Shown one piece after another: positions 1 to 10,687 of a stretch of 64,000 bases of DNA; positions within the stretch are counted from its first letter, which is position 1, and each line of letters opens with the position of its first letter. The stretch spans positions 26,662 through 90,661 of the forward strand of contig JAZDMR010000009.1 in NCBI GenBank assembly GCA_043800725.1, read 5' to 3'. The notes beneath the pieces were generated by a model. It worked only from the letters and a program-made list of their open reading frames with translations. It was not told the origin of the DNA and searched no databases. The position numbers and the translations under genes were made by a program. Origin of the DNA: a bacterium. Lineage in GTDB: Bacteria; Patescibacteriota; Patescibacteriia; HK-STAS-PATE-3.

Positions 1-493
1 AATTTTACAAAAAGAATTTCCTATAACAGAAAGCATCACTAGGCCTGAATTGGAAACTTCTTTAGCTGTTCTGGGCGGAAAACTTCTAATTGAAAGTCTG
101 CCACAATATTTATCAAAACAAATATCTTCTAATCCCCAGCCAAATAGCTCCCAGCCAGCTACCAAGCGTATTTCAAGGGCTGATGGGCTGATTAATTGGA
201 ATAATTCAGCATTGTACATTTATCGTCAATTTCGCGCTTTTTACTCATGGCCAGGCATTTGGACAACATACCATAAAAAAATGCTTAAACTGACCAAAAT
301 AAGGCTGTCAGAGCACGGCATATCAGATCTCTCACCTGGAACAGTCTGGCAAAACCAAAAATCTCAGCTGTTTATCCAAACCGGTAAAAACTCTCTTGAA
401 ATTATCGAGATTCAGCTTGAAGGAAAAAAACCGGTCTCAGGCCAGGAATTTATAAACGGCTATCAAAACTTTATTGGCTCGCGTCTGGGTTAG
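1..493 (+). CDS. fmt: methionyl-tRNA formyltransferase, C-terminal part (5' end outside window)
   Basis: DGLINW..SA..I.RQFRAF.SWPG and EIQLEGKKPVS..EFING match the Fmt C-terminal domain. Confidence 0.9.
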   Translation, partial: ILQKEFPITESITRPELETSLAVLGGKLLIESLPQYLSKQISSNPQPNSSQPATKRISRADGLINWNNSALYIYRQFRAFYSWPGIWTTYHKKMLKLTKIRLSEHGISDLSPGTVWQNQKSQLFIQTGKNSLEIIEIQLEGKKPVSGQEFINGYQNFIGSRLG

Positions 494-2003
494 CAGGCTG
501 CTTTGTTCTAATCTTTTTTGTTGGCCAAAATCCCAGATACTTGCCAAGCATCAGCCTGGTCTGGGCATCAATAGCCGGAATTGACCCGAAAGCAATGGTT
601 GTTATGGGAAATATCAGCCATTGCAAAGCCATTGATGACACTTTGAGTATTCCTTTATTTTTTACAGGCAAGATTATTATACTCAGCACGGCGCTGACCA
701 ATAATCCTATCATCGAAATTGTCAGCAGAATTTGCAGAGTATGAGGAGCATTCTGAAAAATTGTCGTTGACCTTTCCAGCTCAGGCGTAAACCACAATGG
801 CAAGTAGCCCAGCAGATAAATCAGAATCGGCGCGGTTGACCAGGAATACTCACCTTCCAATTGATTCCATAAATAGCGCAATCTCACTCGTTTGGTGATT
901 CTGGTATTTTTAAAATTCCAAATCATAAAGGGAAAATTCTCAATGCCGTAAGCCCATCTACGAATTTGCTTGTACTGATGTTCTATGGTTTGTCTTAAGC
1001 CTCGCCCTTGCACAGTATCCATGGAGATGGGCAAATAAATCGGGGTAATAGAATATTCGCCCTCGTAATAGACCAAACATTGCAAATAGATTCTTGAATC
1101 CTCGGTAACAATGTCATTTTGCCAAAAATCAACGTCCACCAATGCTTGGAAGCTCATACTGTGCGAGGAAAAAGTAAACATTCTTTCAGACCTGGCTGTT
1201 TCGGATAAAAGCCAAAAAGTAGTGCTGTTGGCGACTACTCTGGTAAAAAAGGGCGCCTCCCAGACATTATTTGTAAAAAGCGGTATTGGCTGATAGCTGT
1301 TTCTGGTAGGGTTGGGGCTGATTAAAAAATGGTAGGACAAACAGGCGAAATACTGAGAATGAACGCAGGAATCAACATCTAAGGAGGTGACTATCACGTC
1401 CTGATAACTGATCCCTTCTTGGTCAATAATTTCTTGGGCTTTTCTGCCGGCCCAGGTAATGTTCGAGCCTTTTCCCGCGATTTCTCCAGGCAGGTCTGCG
1501 GGATGATAAGTTACTAATAGTTTGCCGAAAGTGCTTGAATATCTCTTTTTTATCTGTTCAGCAATTGATCGTCCCTGTTCTCCGCTTCTTTCTTCTATCG
1601 CCAATACCACAAACAAACTTTTTAAAGGAACCGTGACTTTTGCTAAATAGTCAAAAGTGTTTTTTACAACTTCAAAATCATCCTGGAACGTAGGTATGAC
1701 AATCAAATGCTTTATTTTATCGAACCTGTCTTGGTATTCTTCTTTTTGGCATTTTTCTATCCAATTAACTTTATTTGCTTTTCTAAACCTAATAAAAGCG
1801 ATTATTACATAGCTTAAAATATAAATTATCCGTATTAACCAAAGAACATCAAAAATAATAATGATAATAATGGCCCAAATCGGCTTGATAATTATCAACA
1901 ATATCGCCACGGTAAAAGTCACCCAAATTAAAGCTCCGGGTATTATTTCATAAAACCGGTATTTTCTCCGCTCCTGGATAATGTTTTCCAATGATTTGGC
2001 CAC
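471..2003 (-). CDS. membrane-bound GT2 glycosyltransferase, processive type
   Basis: DVD, TED and QIRRW (D,D,D,QxxRW) motifs; TM helices at both ends. Confidence 0.85.
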   Translation of the reverse strand: MAKSLENIIQERRKYRFYEIIPGALIWVTFTVAILLIIIKPIWAIIIIIIFDVLWLIRIIYILSYVIIAFIRFRKANKVNWIEKCQKEEYQDRFDKIKHLIVIPTFQDDFEVVKNTFDYLAKVTVPLKSLFVVLAIEERSGEQGRSIAEQIKKRYSSTFGKLLVTYHPADLPGEIAGKGSNITWAGRKAQEIIDQEGISYQDVIVTSLDVDSCVHSQYFACLSYHFLISPNPTRNSYQPIPLFTNNVWEAPFFTRVVANSTTFWLLSETARSERMFTFSSHSMSFQALVDVDFWQNDIVTEDSRIYLQCLVYYEGEYSITPIYLPISMDTVQGRGLRQTIEHQYKQIRRWAYGIENFPFMIWNFKNTRITKRVRLRYLWNQLEGEYSWSTAPILIYLLGYLPLWFTPELERSTTIFQNAPHTLQILLTISMIGLLVSAVLSIIILPVKNKGILKVSSMALQWLIFPITTIAFGSIPAIDAQTRLMLGKYLGFWPTKKIRTKQPANPDASQ

Positions 2004-2063
2004 GTTTTGTTCGAAATTAAGCTACCTCTTAACCGGCATTGTATTAGTTTAAGAGTTAATCGA

Positions 2064-3062
2064 TTAATAAGCTGTTTTTTGGCTGGTTACTTTTATGCTG
2101 GATTTTTTTGGAAAGCGCCTTATTATCCCCTGTTTGGCTCCAATATGTTGTATTACGGATTCAGAATTCTCTGTGCCAACTTGCAGTGAATATTTAATAT
2201 TTCCGGTTTTTATATAGGCTGCTAAAAAACCTGAACCAAAAGCATCTCCCGCTCCGGTGGCGTCAATCACCTTCACCGAGTGAATATTCGAATGATAGTG
2301 TTTTTTATTATCGCAAACAAATGCGCCTCTTTTTCCCGAAGTAATTACCACGATGCCAGGCAAATAGCAGCAAATGTTTTTTAATAATATTCGATCCTGC
2401 TTATTCATCAGCCCGGTTAAAACTCCCGCCTCCTGATCATTTAAAAACAGTATTGAAGTGTCTTTTAAAATACTTTTTAATTTATTTTTATTTGTTGTCA
2501 GCTCGGACATTCCGGGATTAAGAGCCACTGAAATATTATTCTTTTTTGCATAATCAATTATATACGATAAGGTCTTTATGTCACCGCCCAAAGAAGTAAT
2601 GTAAAACCATTTAGCGTGTATTTTGTTTATTGGAATATTTTTTATTGACATGTCTGAAGAAACTCCGCGATGAACCATGGCTGTTCTTTCACCTTTTCTG
2701 GTTAGTAATATTACCGTATAGCCGGCTTCTTTCTTGTCATCATGTGATACAAGACTTGTGTCAACTTTTTCCAATTCCAATCTTCGTAATATTTCTTTAC
2801 TTCGAATATCATTTTTTCCTAGTCGGCTAACAAAAGCTGTTTTATAGCCTAGTCTGGAAAAAGTTACCGCGCTATTGGTTGCTCCGCCTCCTGTATCAAA
2901 GGCAATATTCGTTATTTCTTTTTTTGATCCCAGCTCTAATCCGATAGCTTGTCCGGTAATAAATTTACTGCTCTTAACAACCTGAAAATCAGTGTCATAC
3001 ATAAAAACATCGCGGAAAGCATTCCCAAATGTTACAATGTCGTGTTTTTTTAATCTGACCAT
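2064..3062 (-). CDS. PfkB-family carbohydrate kinase
   Basis: GGGATNSAV and DATGAGDAF signatures. Confidence 0.92.
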   Translation of the reverse strand: MVRLKKHDIVTFGNAFRDVFMYDTDFQVVKSSKFITGQAIGLELGSKKEITNIAFDTGGGATNSAVTFSRLGYKTAFVSRLGKNDIRSKEILRRLELEKVDTSLVSHDDKKEAGYTVILLTRKGERTAMVHRGVSSDMSIKNIPINKIHAKWFYITSLGGDIKTLSYIIDYAKKNNISVALNPGMSELTTNKNKLKSILKDTSILFLNDQEAGVLTGLMNKQDRILLKNICCYLPGIVVITSGKRGAFVCDNKKHYHSNIHSVKVIDATGAGDAFGSGFLAAYIKTGNIKYSLQVGTENSESVIQHIGAKQGIIRRFPKKSSIKVTSQKTAY

Positions 3063-3244
3063 ATTTCTTCGTAAAATATCATTAAGTCATATTTTTAATA
3101 TATTAATTTGCCTTCAGTACAGGTTAATTTATTTTAGCATCATTAGACTCTATAGACAATTTAGTAGCACAGAATATAGAGTTAGAAAAAACACCGTTTC
3201 GCGTCGACTGACACGAAACGGTTCAACCACAGAACGGATTCGAC

Positions 3245-3640
3245 CTATCCTTCAGCAACTACCCAGAAAAGCTCACAGTACTGAGCCCATGATTTTTGGG
3301 CAGTTTTTATTTCAGTCGTTGTTTTTCCCGGAGCTACATAAAATGTTGGGAGCTTGCCTAAAACTCGCTTCGTTCTTCTTCTGAAATAACTGTTAATCAG
3401 TCTTGCCACTTTTTTAACAAGAAGAGGTGGTAATGGCACGTTCCGTCCTTCATCGCTTTCGATAATTCGATACAATGTAAAACGGTGTTCCGGCAGACAC
3501 CATTCTTCGCTAATATCCACCTTACCTTCAAGTCCAAACTTTTGAAAAACCAATTTGCACTCTTCAGAGAAATTACCCTTCTTTCTTATAAAGAACGATT
3601 GTAAGCCCATTCTTTCAAACAGACCACCAAATTTTAACAT
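3245..3640 (-). CDS. hypothetical protein
   Basis: 131-aa ORF with AGAGGAGG SD and a downstream hairpin (~3193-3222). Confidence 0.6.
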   Translation of the reverse strand: MLKFGGLFERMGLQSFFIRKKGNFSEECKLVFQKFGLEGKVDISEEWCLPEHRFTLYRIIESDEGRNVPLPPLLVKKVARLINSYFRRRTKRVLGKLPTFYVAPGKTTTEIKTAQKSWAQYCELFWVVAEG

Positions 3641-3761
3641 TGTGCGATTCCTCCTCTTTCCCGCGAAGCCCTAAGTCGAGTAAACACTACAAATTACGTA
3701 TTTTACGGACAAGTCAATCTTTTTTAACTTTCTCTTGCTCAGTACCATTTTATACACACTT

Positions 3762-4088
3762 TTAACAGCTATTTATCAAATTAGGATGCATCATCTGCCT
3801 GCTCCAAGACGGCTTGAAAACAAGTCGAGTTTTTACATCCGCAACCCCTTCTATCTCTCTTATTTTTTTCTTTATCTCCCCTTCAAAAAAGGAGATAAGA
3901 GGGCAGCCTGGATAAGTTAAGGTAAAAGTTATCAGCCAATTGTTATTTTTTATTTCCTGAATCCCGTAAATCAGCCCGATATTAACAATATCAATATCAA
4001 GCTCTGGATCAATAATTTTAGATAATTGCGTTATAATTGCTTTTTTTTGGCTAAGATGATCAGTTTTCAATAACTGTTTCATGATCAT
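3762..4088 (-). CDS. DUF59/SufT-like metal-sulfur cluster biosynthesis protein
   Basis: IIDPELDIDIVNIGLIY, TLTYPGCP, P.W motifs. Confidence 0.9.
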   Translation of the reverse strand: MIMKQLLKTDHLSQKKAIITQLSKIIDPELDIDIVNIGLIYGIQEIKNNNWLITFTLTYPGCPLISFFEGEIKKKIREIEGVADVKTRLVFKPSWSRQMMHPNLINSC

Positions 4089-4887
4089 GAATAAATATCC
4101 ATTGAGTTTCCAGGGAACGGCAGGCCCATTCTTGTGAGTTTTTTGGACCTGGCAACATTGGATAGGGCGGCGTGCAAGATACGGGCCTGTTTAATATTTT
4201 CAATTCCTGTCCCAGCTTATCGTAATATTTTATTTGGTTGTTTATTTGGCTGAAATAATATCTGCCGGCAATATTAACTTTTGATTTAATAATTACCGGG
4301 CCAACTGTCGGATCTAGATAGTATCTTATCTCTTTTGTTAAGTCATCAACTACTGTTTGTTTTAGCGGATAAATCGATGAAGCCATTAATGAGCCGCCAA
4401 ACCATAAAATTACGAATCCGAAAAATAGCGCTCCGCCGGCAAAAACTGACTTTGCAAAAATATGCTGTTTTTTGGTGGGCAAGGGTTGGCTTCTTCCCAA
4501 TACAAACATACTAATTAACAAAACACAGGCGATTCCGATTATCGACAGCCAATAATTAAGATAATAATATGGCCAGAAAAATAAGCTTAATAACACGGAA
4601 AACGGTGCCAGAGCAATTTGTCCGGGCTGTCTGTGCCTCACCCCGTATATGAAAAAAAACATTCCTTGGATAATAATGCTTCCAAAGATGACATACCAGC
4701 CCCAATCAGTTTCTGAATACTGTCCGATAATGTTCATAAACCAGGCCGCCAGAGCAAATAGTTGCGTGCTGAAAACTATTCTTTTCATCCGAAGATAGCC
4801 CAATAACTTCTGCTGTTCTTTCTTGTGTTGGCTTTCTTCTTTTTGACTTATGCTTCCTAATAAATTTTGATTGGTTGGTTCAGGCAT
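4060..4887 (-). CDS. hypothetical multi-pass membrane protein
   Basis: 275-aa ORF with about 5 hydrophobic segments. Confidence 0.7.
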   Translation of the reverse strand: MPEPTNQNLLGSISQKEESQHKKEQQKLLGYLRMKRIVFSTQLFALAAWFMNIIGQYSETDWGWYVIFGSIIIQGMFFFIYGVRHRQPGQIALAPFSVLLSLFFWPYYYLNYWLSIIGIACVLLISMFVLGRSQPLPTKKQHIFAKSVFAGGALFFGFVILWFGGSLMASSIYPLKQTVVDDLTKEIRYYLDPTVGPVIIKSKVNIAGRYYFSQINNQIKYYDKLGQELKILNRPVSCTPPYPMLPGPKNSQEWACRSLETQWIFIHDHETVIEN

Positions 4888-4909
4888 TTATTCACTAGAA
4901 ATCGGCTAA

Positions 4910-5524
4910 TTATTGAATTACAAATGATAGCTGATATGTTTCTTGCTCAGATACTTTTATCTCAACGTCATATTGTCCACCCTGTTTCGGATTTATTAAT
5001 CCAATATCTCCGCTTAATAAATCAACTGTCATTTCCTGAACAAGCTGATTGTTCGCCCGATTAACGGTTTTTATTATCATAGTTCCTTCTTGATTATTAT
5101 CCATCAATTCTATGGCCAGGATAATTTTACTCTCGATGGAAAATACGTTTTTATTTCCGGAACTTTGTCCCTTTACAAACTCAGAAAAATACAGCTCTTT
5201 TATTATTTTTACATATTTTGCTTGTTCTACCTCGTATATCTGCTGTCCGTATTCATCAAACTGCTGATCAGAGGGAAATGGTTCTTTTTCTTCTACCGCA
5301 TCCATATTGTTTTCTTCCTGTATCTCATCTTTCTGGCCTAAAACGATCTCAGTCCGGCTTTTTGTTGCCTTATTACTATTATTAGCTTCAATTTTTGATA
5401 TTTGTTGAGTTTTACTGTCCCGGTTGTTATCTGACTGATTTTTGTTAATTTTAAAGCTAATCAGTGTAATTATTACAACCAAGATGATGGGCAAAGAAAT
5501 TTTTATGATAGTAGAGTTCTTCAT
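4910..5524 (-). CDS. hypothetical membrane-anchored exported protein
   Basis: N-terminal TM helix followed by a polar domain. Confidence 0.7.
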   Translation of the reverse strand: MKNSTIIKISLPIILVVIITLISFKINKNQSDNNRDSKTQQISKIEANNSNKATKSRTEIVLGQKDEIQEENNMDAVEEKEPFPSDQQFDEYGQQIYEVEQAKYVKIIKELYFSEFVKGQSSGNKNVFSIESKIILAIELMDNNQEGTMIIKTVNRANNQLVQEMTVDLLSGDIGLINPKQGGQYDVEIKVSEQETYQLSFVIQ

Positions 5525-5584
5525 ACAATCTTAAACTATCAAAAAAGCCTCATTTGGGCAATTTTTCTTTAAATATTTATCTTT

Positions 5585-6499
5585 CTAAGTAAGCTTTTTT
5601 CTTTTGAGAAAGTAATAAGTAATCACCATAATAAAAACCAATAAACTGGATATTAGGAAGAAAGCTTTTGGCCGGTCAGCAAACGGCAAATCAATGTTCA
5701 TGCCAAAAAAATTAATAATCAAGCCGGGTACGATGGTTATCACAGAAATTACCGTTAAAGTTTTTATAATATCATTAAGCCTTTGGGAGATCAGTGTTTC
5801 ATTGGTTCTGTCCAGACCGGCAACCGTGTCTTTATAGCCATTTAAAATGCTCCATGTCCTTTCCAGGCCATCATGAATGTCATCGAAATAAACTGACAAT
5901 TCTGGACTGATAAATTCTTTATCTATTTTAACTAGCTTATCAATCACTCTTAACTGAGGCTCCAGCAGCCTTTGATAAGTTAAAATATTCCGCCTAACAA
6001 CTGACAAATCCATAGTTGCTCCCCGTTTGTTTTCTCTGAATACTTCTTCCTCAGAAATGGACAGTCTTTCACCGATTATATCAATAACCGGCTGGGAAGC
6101 GCCAAACATCTGGTCAAGTATTTTGTACAGTAAGTAGCCTGATGAATTTTGAAGAATATTGTATTCAGGATTTCTTTTTATTTTTTTCTTGTATTCATTG
6201 AAATACTCAGCCAGGCCATGATTCGGCTGATTGGTTAGAGTAATAATATATTCCGGCCCGATAAAAACATTTAGTTCTTGTATCCGAATGCGTCGCTGCT
6301 CCCTATCGTATTGCGGAAAATGCAGCACCACAAAAAGATAATCCTCGTAAATGTCGATTTTTGGCCTTTGGGTAATGCCGATGCAATCTTTTAAATCAAG
6401 AGGGTGAAAGTGATAATTTTCCTCTAAATATTCAACATCTTTATATGTTGTCTGCTCAATGTATACCCAGTCTAATTTTTTATAATTTACTTTTTCCAT
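5585..6499 (-). CDS. corA: CorA-family Mg2+/Co2+ transporter
   Basis: FHPLDL.D, RPK and GMN motif between two C-terminal TM helices. Confidence 0.92.
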   Translation of the reverse strand: MEKVNYKKLDWVYIEQTTYKDVEYLEENYHFHPLDLKDCIGITQRPKIDIYEDYLFVVLHFPQYDREQRRIRIQELNVFIGPEYIITLTNQPNHGLAEYFNEYKKKIKRNPEYNILQNSSGYLLYKILDQMFGASQPVIDIIGERLSISEEEVFRENKRGATMDLSVVRRNILTYQRLLEPQLRVIDKLVKIDKEFISPELSVYFDDIHDGLERTWSILNGYKDTVAGLDRTNETLISQRLNDIIKTLTVISVITIVPGLIINFFGMNIDLPFADRPKAFFLISSLLVFIMVITYYFLKRKKLT

Positions 6500-6644
6500 A
6501 AAATACGATTATTGCTATATAACGAATTTATCTCGCCCCCAATTCTGGCTGACGGGAGAGGGATTTTCCCGCACTTTATATTTTTTAATAGTTTGAGGGA
6601 TCTCGCTGCTATGCGGGAGAACCCCCTCTCTGTTATATTGTTAA

Positions 6645-6718
6645 TGGCTGCCGGGGAGGGATTTGAACCCCCGTACCCACCTCCAAAGGGTGGTGTCCTA
6701 CCGCTAGACGACCCGGCA
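6645..6718 (-). tRNA. tRNA-Gln(TTG)
   Basis: Cloverleaf TGCCGGG...CCCGGCA-G-CCA; anticodon arm CCACC-CTTTGGA-GGTGG; T-loop GGTTCAAATCC. Confidence 0.95.
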
Positions 6719-6737
6719 AAGCTGCATACGACACCGT

Positions 6738-6766
6738 ACTATAACTGGCTTATTAATATTGGTCAA
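6738..6766 (-). promoter_or_regulatory. sigma70-type promoter of tRNA-Gln
   Basis: TTGACC-N17-TATAGT about 20 nt upstream of the tRNA. Confidence 0.7.
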
Positions 6767-6904
6767 CCCTGATCTTGCTATATTCTGCCCTGAACCGCAA
6801 CTTAACCCAAAATAATGTTCACTTCATCAGCGTAGCCGTAATCTTTCCAAGTCGTAGACTCAGAGAGACCACTGCTTCCGCGACATAAGATATCCCCTTT
6901 TTTA

Positions 6905-7828
6905 TTAAACCTGTATATACCGGCCTACAGCAATAGCCGCACTGATAGTGCTTAATAATATAGCGGAAATCGCCTGAAGTAGGATAATTTTTACCAAATT
7001 ATCGTTAAAATACTGTAAAAGAGAAAAGTCATACCCTCGGAAAAAATTATCAACCAAGGGCGCGGAGAAATTAATTGTCAGATAAAAAACCAGCGAAGTA
7101 ATCAGAGTGGCAGTAATAGCATAAATAATACTTTCGAAAATAAAGGGATATCTGACAAAAGAATTGGAAGCGCCCACTAATTTCATAATCCCGATTTCTT
7201 CGCGATGAGTGTAAATATTTATTCTCAGAGTGTTATAGATAACCATAAAAGCGATCAGCGCGAAAATGCCCACCAAAATAATGCCCAAGTTTTTTGTCTG
7301 GTCAATTATATTGGAAAGCCGCTGAATAACAATTTGTTTGCTTTCAAAATCCCTTTCTTTGTCCTGGATCAGCGGCCTGATCGAATCATTATCAAAAAAC
7401 TCCAAGATAGCCGGATAGTCGTCCAAGGTTTGCGCCTTGATTACCAGCACCGGCCCAAGCGGATTCAGGCCCAGTTCCTCCAATGATTCACGGATAATCG
7501 GATCGTCTGCGTTTTCTACTTTGAATTCCTCGTATGCCTCCTCAGCAGTTATTTTTCTGATATTCAATATTTCCGACCGAGTGGCCAGCTGTTCGACAAT
7601 CGAATCCAATTGTTCATTGGAGGTATTTTGTGTAAAAAATACCGCCACATCCACCTTTTCAACTATTGCCTCGACTGCTTGATTGCCCAAAGTTTGTACT
7701 GTGATCAGCAAGCTGAGCATGAATAAAGCCAGGGTCAGGATAATGACCGTCACTATGGACAACCAAGCATTCCGATAAAAACCCTGGAAGCCGAACTTAA
7801 TAACCCGTTTAATGTTCTGTATTATCAT
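6905..7828 (-). CDS. ftsX: cell division permease FtsX
   Basis: Four TM helices, REEIGIMKLVGAS motif, adjacent to ftsE. Confidence 0.93.
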   Translation of the reverse strand: MIIQNIKRVIKFGFQGFYRNAWLSIVTVIILTLALFMLSLLITVQTLGNQAVEAIVEKVDVAVFFTQNTSNEQLDSIVEQLATRSEILNIRKITAEEAYEEFKVENADDPIIRESLEELGLNPLGPVLVIKAQTLDDYPAILEFFDNDSIRPLIQDKERDFESKQIVIQRLSNIIDQTKNLGIILVGIFALIAFMVIYNTLRINIYTHREEIGIMKLVGASNSFVRYPFIFESIIYAITATLITSLVFYLTINFSAPLVDNFFRGYDFSLLQYFNDNLVKIILLQAISAILLSTISAAIAVGRYIQV

Positions 7829-7835
7829 ATTATAA

Positions 7836-8516
7836 TTATAATAGATATTTGCCGGCTATTTGATCCATGGTGATCTCCCCGTGATCAATAGTAATTACTC
7901 TTTTCCTCAACGTGTTAACGATTTCACGATTATGCGTTACCAGGACAACAGTGGTTCCAAATTCGTTAATTTTTTTCAGTAGCGTAATAATTTCCTGGGC
8001 GTTGATCGAATCCAAGTTTCCGGTCGGTTCGTCAGCTACCAAAATTTTCGGCCGATGAACCAAGGATCTGGCAATAACGGCTCTTTGCTGTTCCCCTCCG
8101 GACACATGCTTGGGATATCTGTTCATTTTTGTTTCTAGGCCAACAATTTTAAAAACCTGCGGAACAATCGCCTGAATTTTCTTTTTGGGCTCTCCGGACA
8201 CCTCCAAAGCAAAGGCCACGTTTTCAAACAGCGTTTTTCTGGGTAATAATTTAAAATCCTGAAAAACCACTCCGATTTGGCGTCGAAGCAAAGGTATTTC
8301 ATTTTGCTTAATCTTGGTAATATCCCAGCCTCCGATGATTACTTTTCCTTTGCTAGGCCGCAGCTCGGCAATAATTAACTTGGCAATAGTTGTTTTGCCG
8401 GAACCTGACTGTCCCACCACGGAAACAAATTCACCAGGAGTAATATTCAGCGTTACATTTTTTATGCCTGCTATGTCGCTCGTGTATAATTTTGTAACGT
8501 TTTCGAATTTTATCAT
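7836..8516 (-). CDS. ftsE: cell division ATP-binding protein FtsE
   Basis: Walker A GQSGSGKT, LRRQIGVVFQDFKLL, SGGEQQR, ADEPTGNLD. Confidence 0.95.
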   Translation of the reverse strand: MIKFENVTKLYTSDIAGIKNVTLNITPGEFVSVVGQSGSGKTTIAKLIIAELRPSKGKVIIGGWDITKIKQNEIPLLRRQIGVVFQDFKLLPRKTLFENVAFALEVSGEPKKKIQAIVPQVFKIVGLETKMNRYPKHVSGGEQQRAVIARSLVHRPKILVADEPTGNLDSINAQEIITLLKKINEFGTTVVLVTHNREIVNTLRKRVITIDHGEITMDQIAGKYLL

Positions 8517-8660
8517 TATTTTTCCCCAACTATAGATTAACGCAAGTTAGCTATTTAGTCCATATATAGCACCTAAAAATTAGTGTTCGAGCGGAGTCGA
8601 GAATTCTAATTTTAGGCATATTTTAAGACAGGCTTCTCCACAAGGTCGAAGACTAATTGC

Positions 8661-10241
8661 CTATTGCTCCATGGCCCAATCACCCAAATCAATCATGTCC
8701 TGGTTTCGCGAGGAGCCTGTATGAGAGCCTAGAAGCACTACTATTCTTTGCTTATCGCCTGAGACAAACTTTAAGCCAAAAGTAGCCATATCAGTGCCTA
8801 AATACCCTGTTTTTCCGCCATAAATGGGCAATCCCTTGTCTAATATATGATTGGAATTCTTGAGCTCAATAATTCTTTCATGATCCGTACCAGTATTCGC
8901 GCTGATGCGATCATATTTAGTTATGCTCATTATTCTGATACCTTCCCTGGTCATCAAATAGTTAATCAATTTGGCCACATCTTTTGGCGTAGAAACATTG
9001 CCGGCATTAATTCCGGTGGTTTCTACAAACAAAGAATTAGTCATACCCAAGCGCCGAGCCGCGTCATTCATTCTGTCAACAAATTCTTGCTGGGTATAGC
9101 CTGAGGCTCTGACTAAAGTTTTGGTGATATTATTGGCCGAGTTAATCAAAACTGCTTTAAGAGCTTCGTCCACTGCTAGCCTGTCTCCTTGATTCATGGG
9201 GATGAAGCTTTCAATCGTGGTATTTACATTATCCGTTGATTCGTAAACAATCTCACTTTGATCATAGGGTATTAAGCTGGTCCCGCCCGGCGACTCAAGA
9301 AAAATTAACACAGTCATCAGCTTGGTAATGCTGGCAATCGGCACGGTTTGAGGATTTTTTTGATAAATAATCCTACCGTCTGTCGGATCATAAACCAGGG
9401 CTGAGCTGGCGGTTATGGCTGGCGCGTTACTAAGCACGTCGGTGGTTTCTGTTTGCGTTTCTTTCGTCTCATCTTTTGGCTCCACACGCACGGTGATAAT
9501 CCCCTCACCCAAACTTTCCAAGGCTAAAAAAGCATCACTGGATAAATCAATAATCCTTCCTTTAACAAACGGACCGATAGATACAATTTTAACTGTGACT
9601 GATTTTTGGTTTGCGGTGTTAGTCACTTTTACATATTCACTAATATTATAATTATTAGACGAGGCGGTCATGGGTCGATTGGCATCTCGATACCAGCTGG
9701 CATAGCCTTCTTGGTAGCCCACCTCTTCAAAAACCGCGATCTTGGAATAGGGCAAATGCGTAAAAGCTCTGACGCTGGAGATGTCTTTTATATCAACTGA
9801 GTACAGAGCAATCCATTTCTCTTTAATAGAATCCCAGTACCTAATTTGCCGATGATCAACACTGCCCGAATCGTACTTTAAAACCACAATTACTTCCTTG
9901 GCAAATATCTTGATCGGATCTGTCAGAATATCAAACTCATACAAAGGACTGACCATTTTCAAATCTTCCGGAATAGGAATTTCTTCATTAATCTGCTTCA
10001 GGGTAATCAGTGCCGGCCGATCCAGCACATTGGGAAATATGCCCATGATTAAATTTTCTGACGGGGTTTTAATAGTGTATCCCTTTTCTACAGTCGCCTG
10101 ATCCAGGTGCAGCTGAATTAAATCAGAATCAACGGCTTGAGCTGTTTGTGCGTTAAATATGGCTACTAAAACTAATAACATCCCCAGGGCAGGGGCTGTA
10201 ATCTTGGTCATTTTTAACATGTTATTTGCGTGTTTTTTCAA
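8661..10241 (-). CDS. exported fusion: RlpA-like DPBB domain plus S11 D-Ala-D-Ala carboxypeptidase
   Basis: Signal peptide; GYASWY...GPFVKGRIIDLS (RlpA-like); ASITK (SxxK), SAN and GKTG (PBP/S11). Confidence 0.85.
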   Translation of the reverse strand: MKKHANNMLKMTKITAPALGMLLVLVAIFNAQTAQAVDSDLIQLHLDQATVEKGYTIKTPSENLIMGIFPNVLDRPALITLKQINEEIPIPEDLKMVSPLYEFDILTDPIKIFAKEVIVVLKYDSGSVDHRQIRYWDSIKEKWIALYSVDIKDISSVRAFTHLPYSKIAVFEEVGYQEGYASWYRDANRPMTASSNNYNISEYVKVTNTANQKSVTVKIVSIGPFVKGRIIDLSSDAFLALESLGEGIITVRVEPKDETKETQTETTDVLSNAPAITASSALVYDPTDGRIIYQKNPQTVPIASITKLMTVLIFLESPGGTSLIPYDQSEIVYESTDNVNTTIESFIPMNQGDRLAVDEALKAVLINSANNITKTLVRASGYTQQEFVDRMNDAARRLGMTNSLFVETTGINAGNVSTPKDVAKLINYLMTREGIRIMSITKYDRISANTGTDHERIIELKNSNHILDKGLPIYGGKTGYLGTDMATFGLKFVSGDKQRIVVLLGSHTGSSRNQDMIDLGDWAMEQ

Positions 10242-10384
10242 GTATGATGGTTATTTGTCAGTACGGATAAGGTTAGCATATTTTGGATATATTTCAATAT
10301 CACTATTATAAATTAGAAAATGGATACAAAAAGAATGGTCTTCCGCCTCCGCGGGAGAGACAATGTGTTGATAATTACACTTAG

Positions 10385-10480
10385 GATTGTGCCTTGGCCA
10401 TCTTCCTGGACGTAATTAATCTATTCAGAACTCTTCTGCGAATTTTCGGCAGCAAGGAGTCTTCAACTTCACGACGATAG
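10385..10480 (+). pseudogene. 3' remnant of a Bax-inhibitor-1/YccA-family gene
   Basis: Translates DCALAIFLDVINLFRTLLRIFGSKESSTSRR*, paralogous to the C-terminus of 14440-14814; preceded by an in-frame stop. Confidence 0.75.
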
Positions 10481-10687
10481 GCAAATGCCCTTTCAACCCC
10501 CCTGTCTAAATTGATGGGGGGTGTTTTCTTTTATTCATTAATATTGTCGCGATATCGGTCAATAAAATATTATAATCAACCCGCCCTGTGCTTAAGACGC
10601 TGAGCAACGCGGGGAGTTATTATTAGACATGTAGTCAATTGGAGATTATCGGGTCAAGCCCGATAATTACAGGGCGGTGCGGATTAT

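Noticed and set aside
6512-6772. ORFs 6512-6772, 16673-16879 and 17554-17805
   Set aside because: Shadow frames across tRNA genes.
6775-6900. Possible ncRNA between ftsX and tRNA-Gln
   Set aside because: No convincing extended pairing; looks more like a short coding remnant (..TWKDYGYADEVNIILG*) that I cannot assign.
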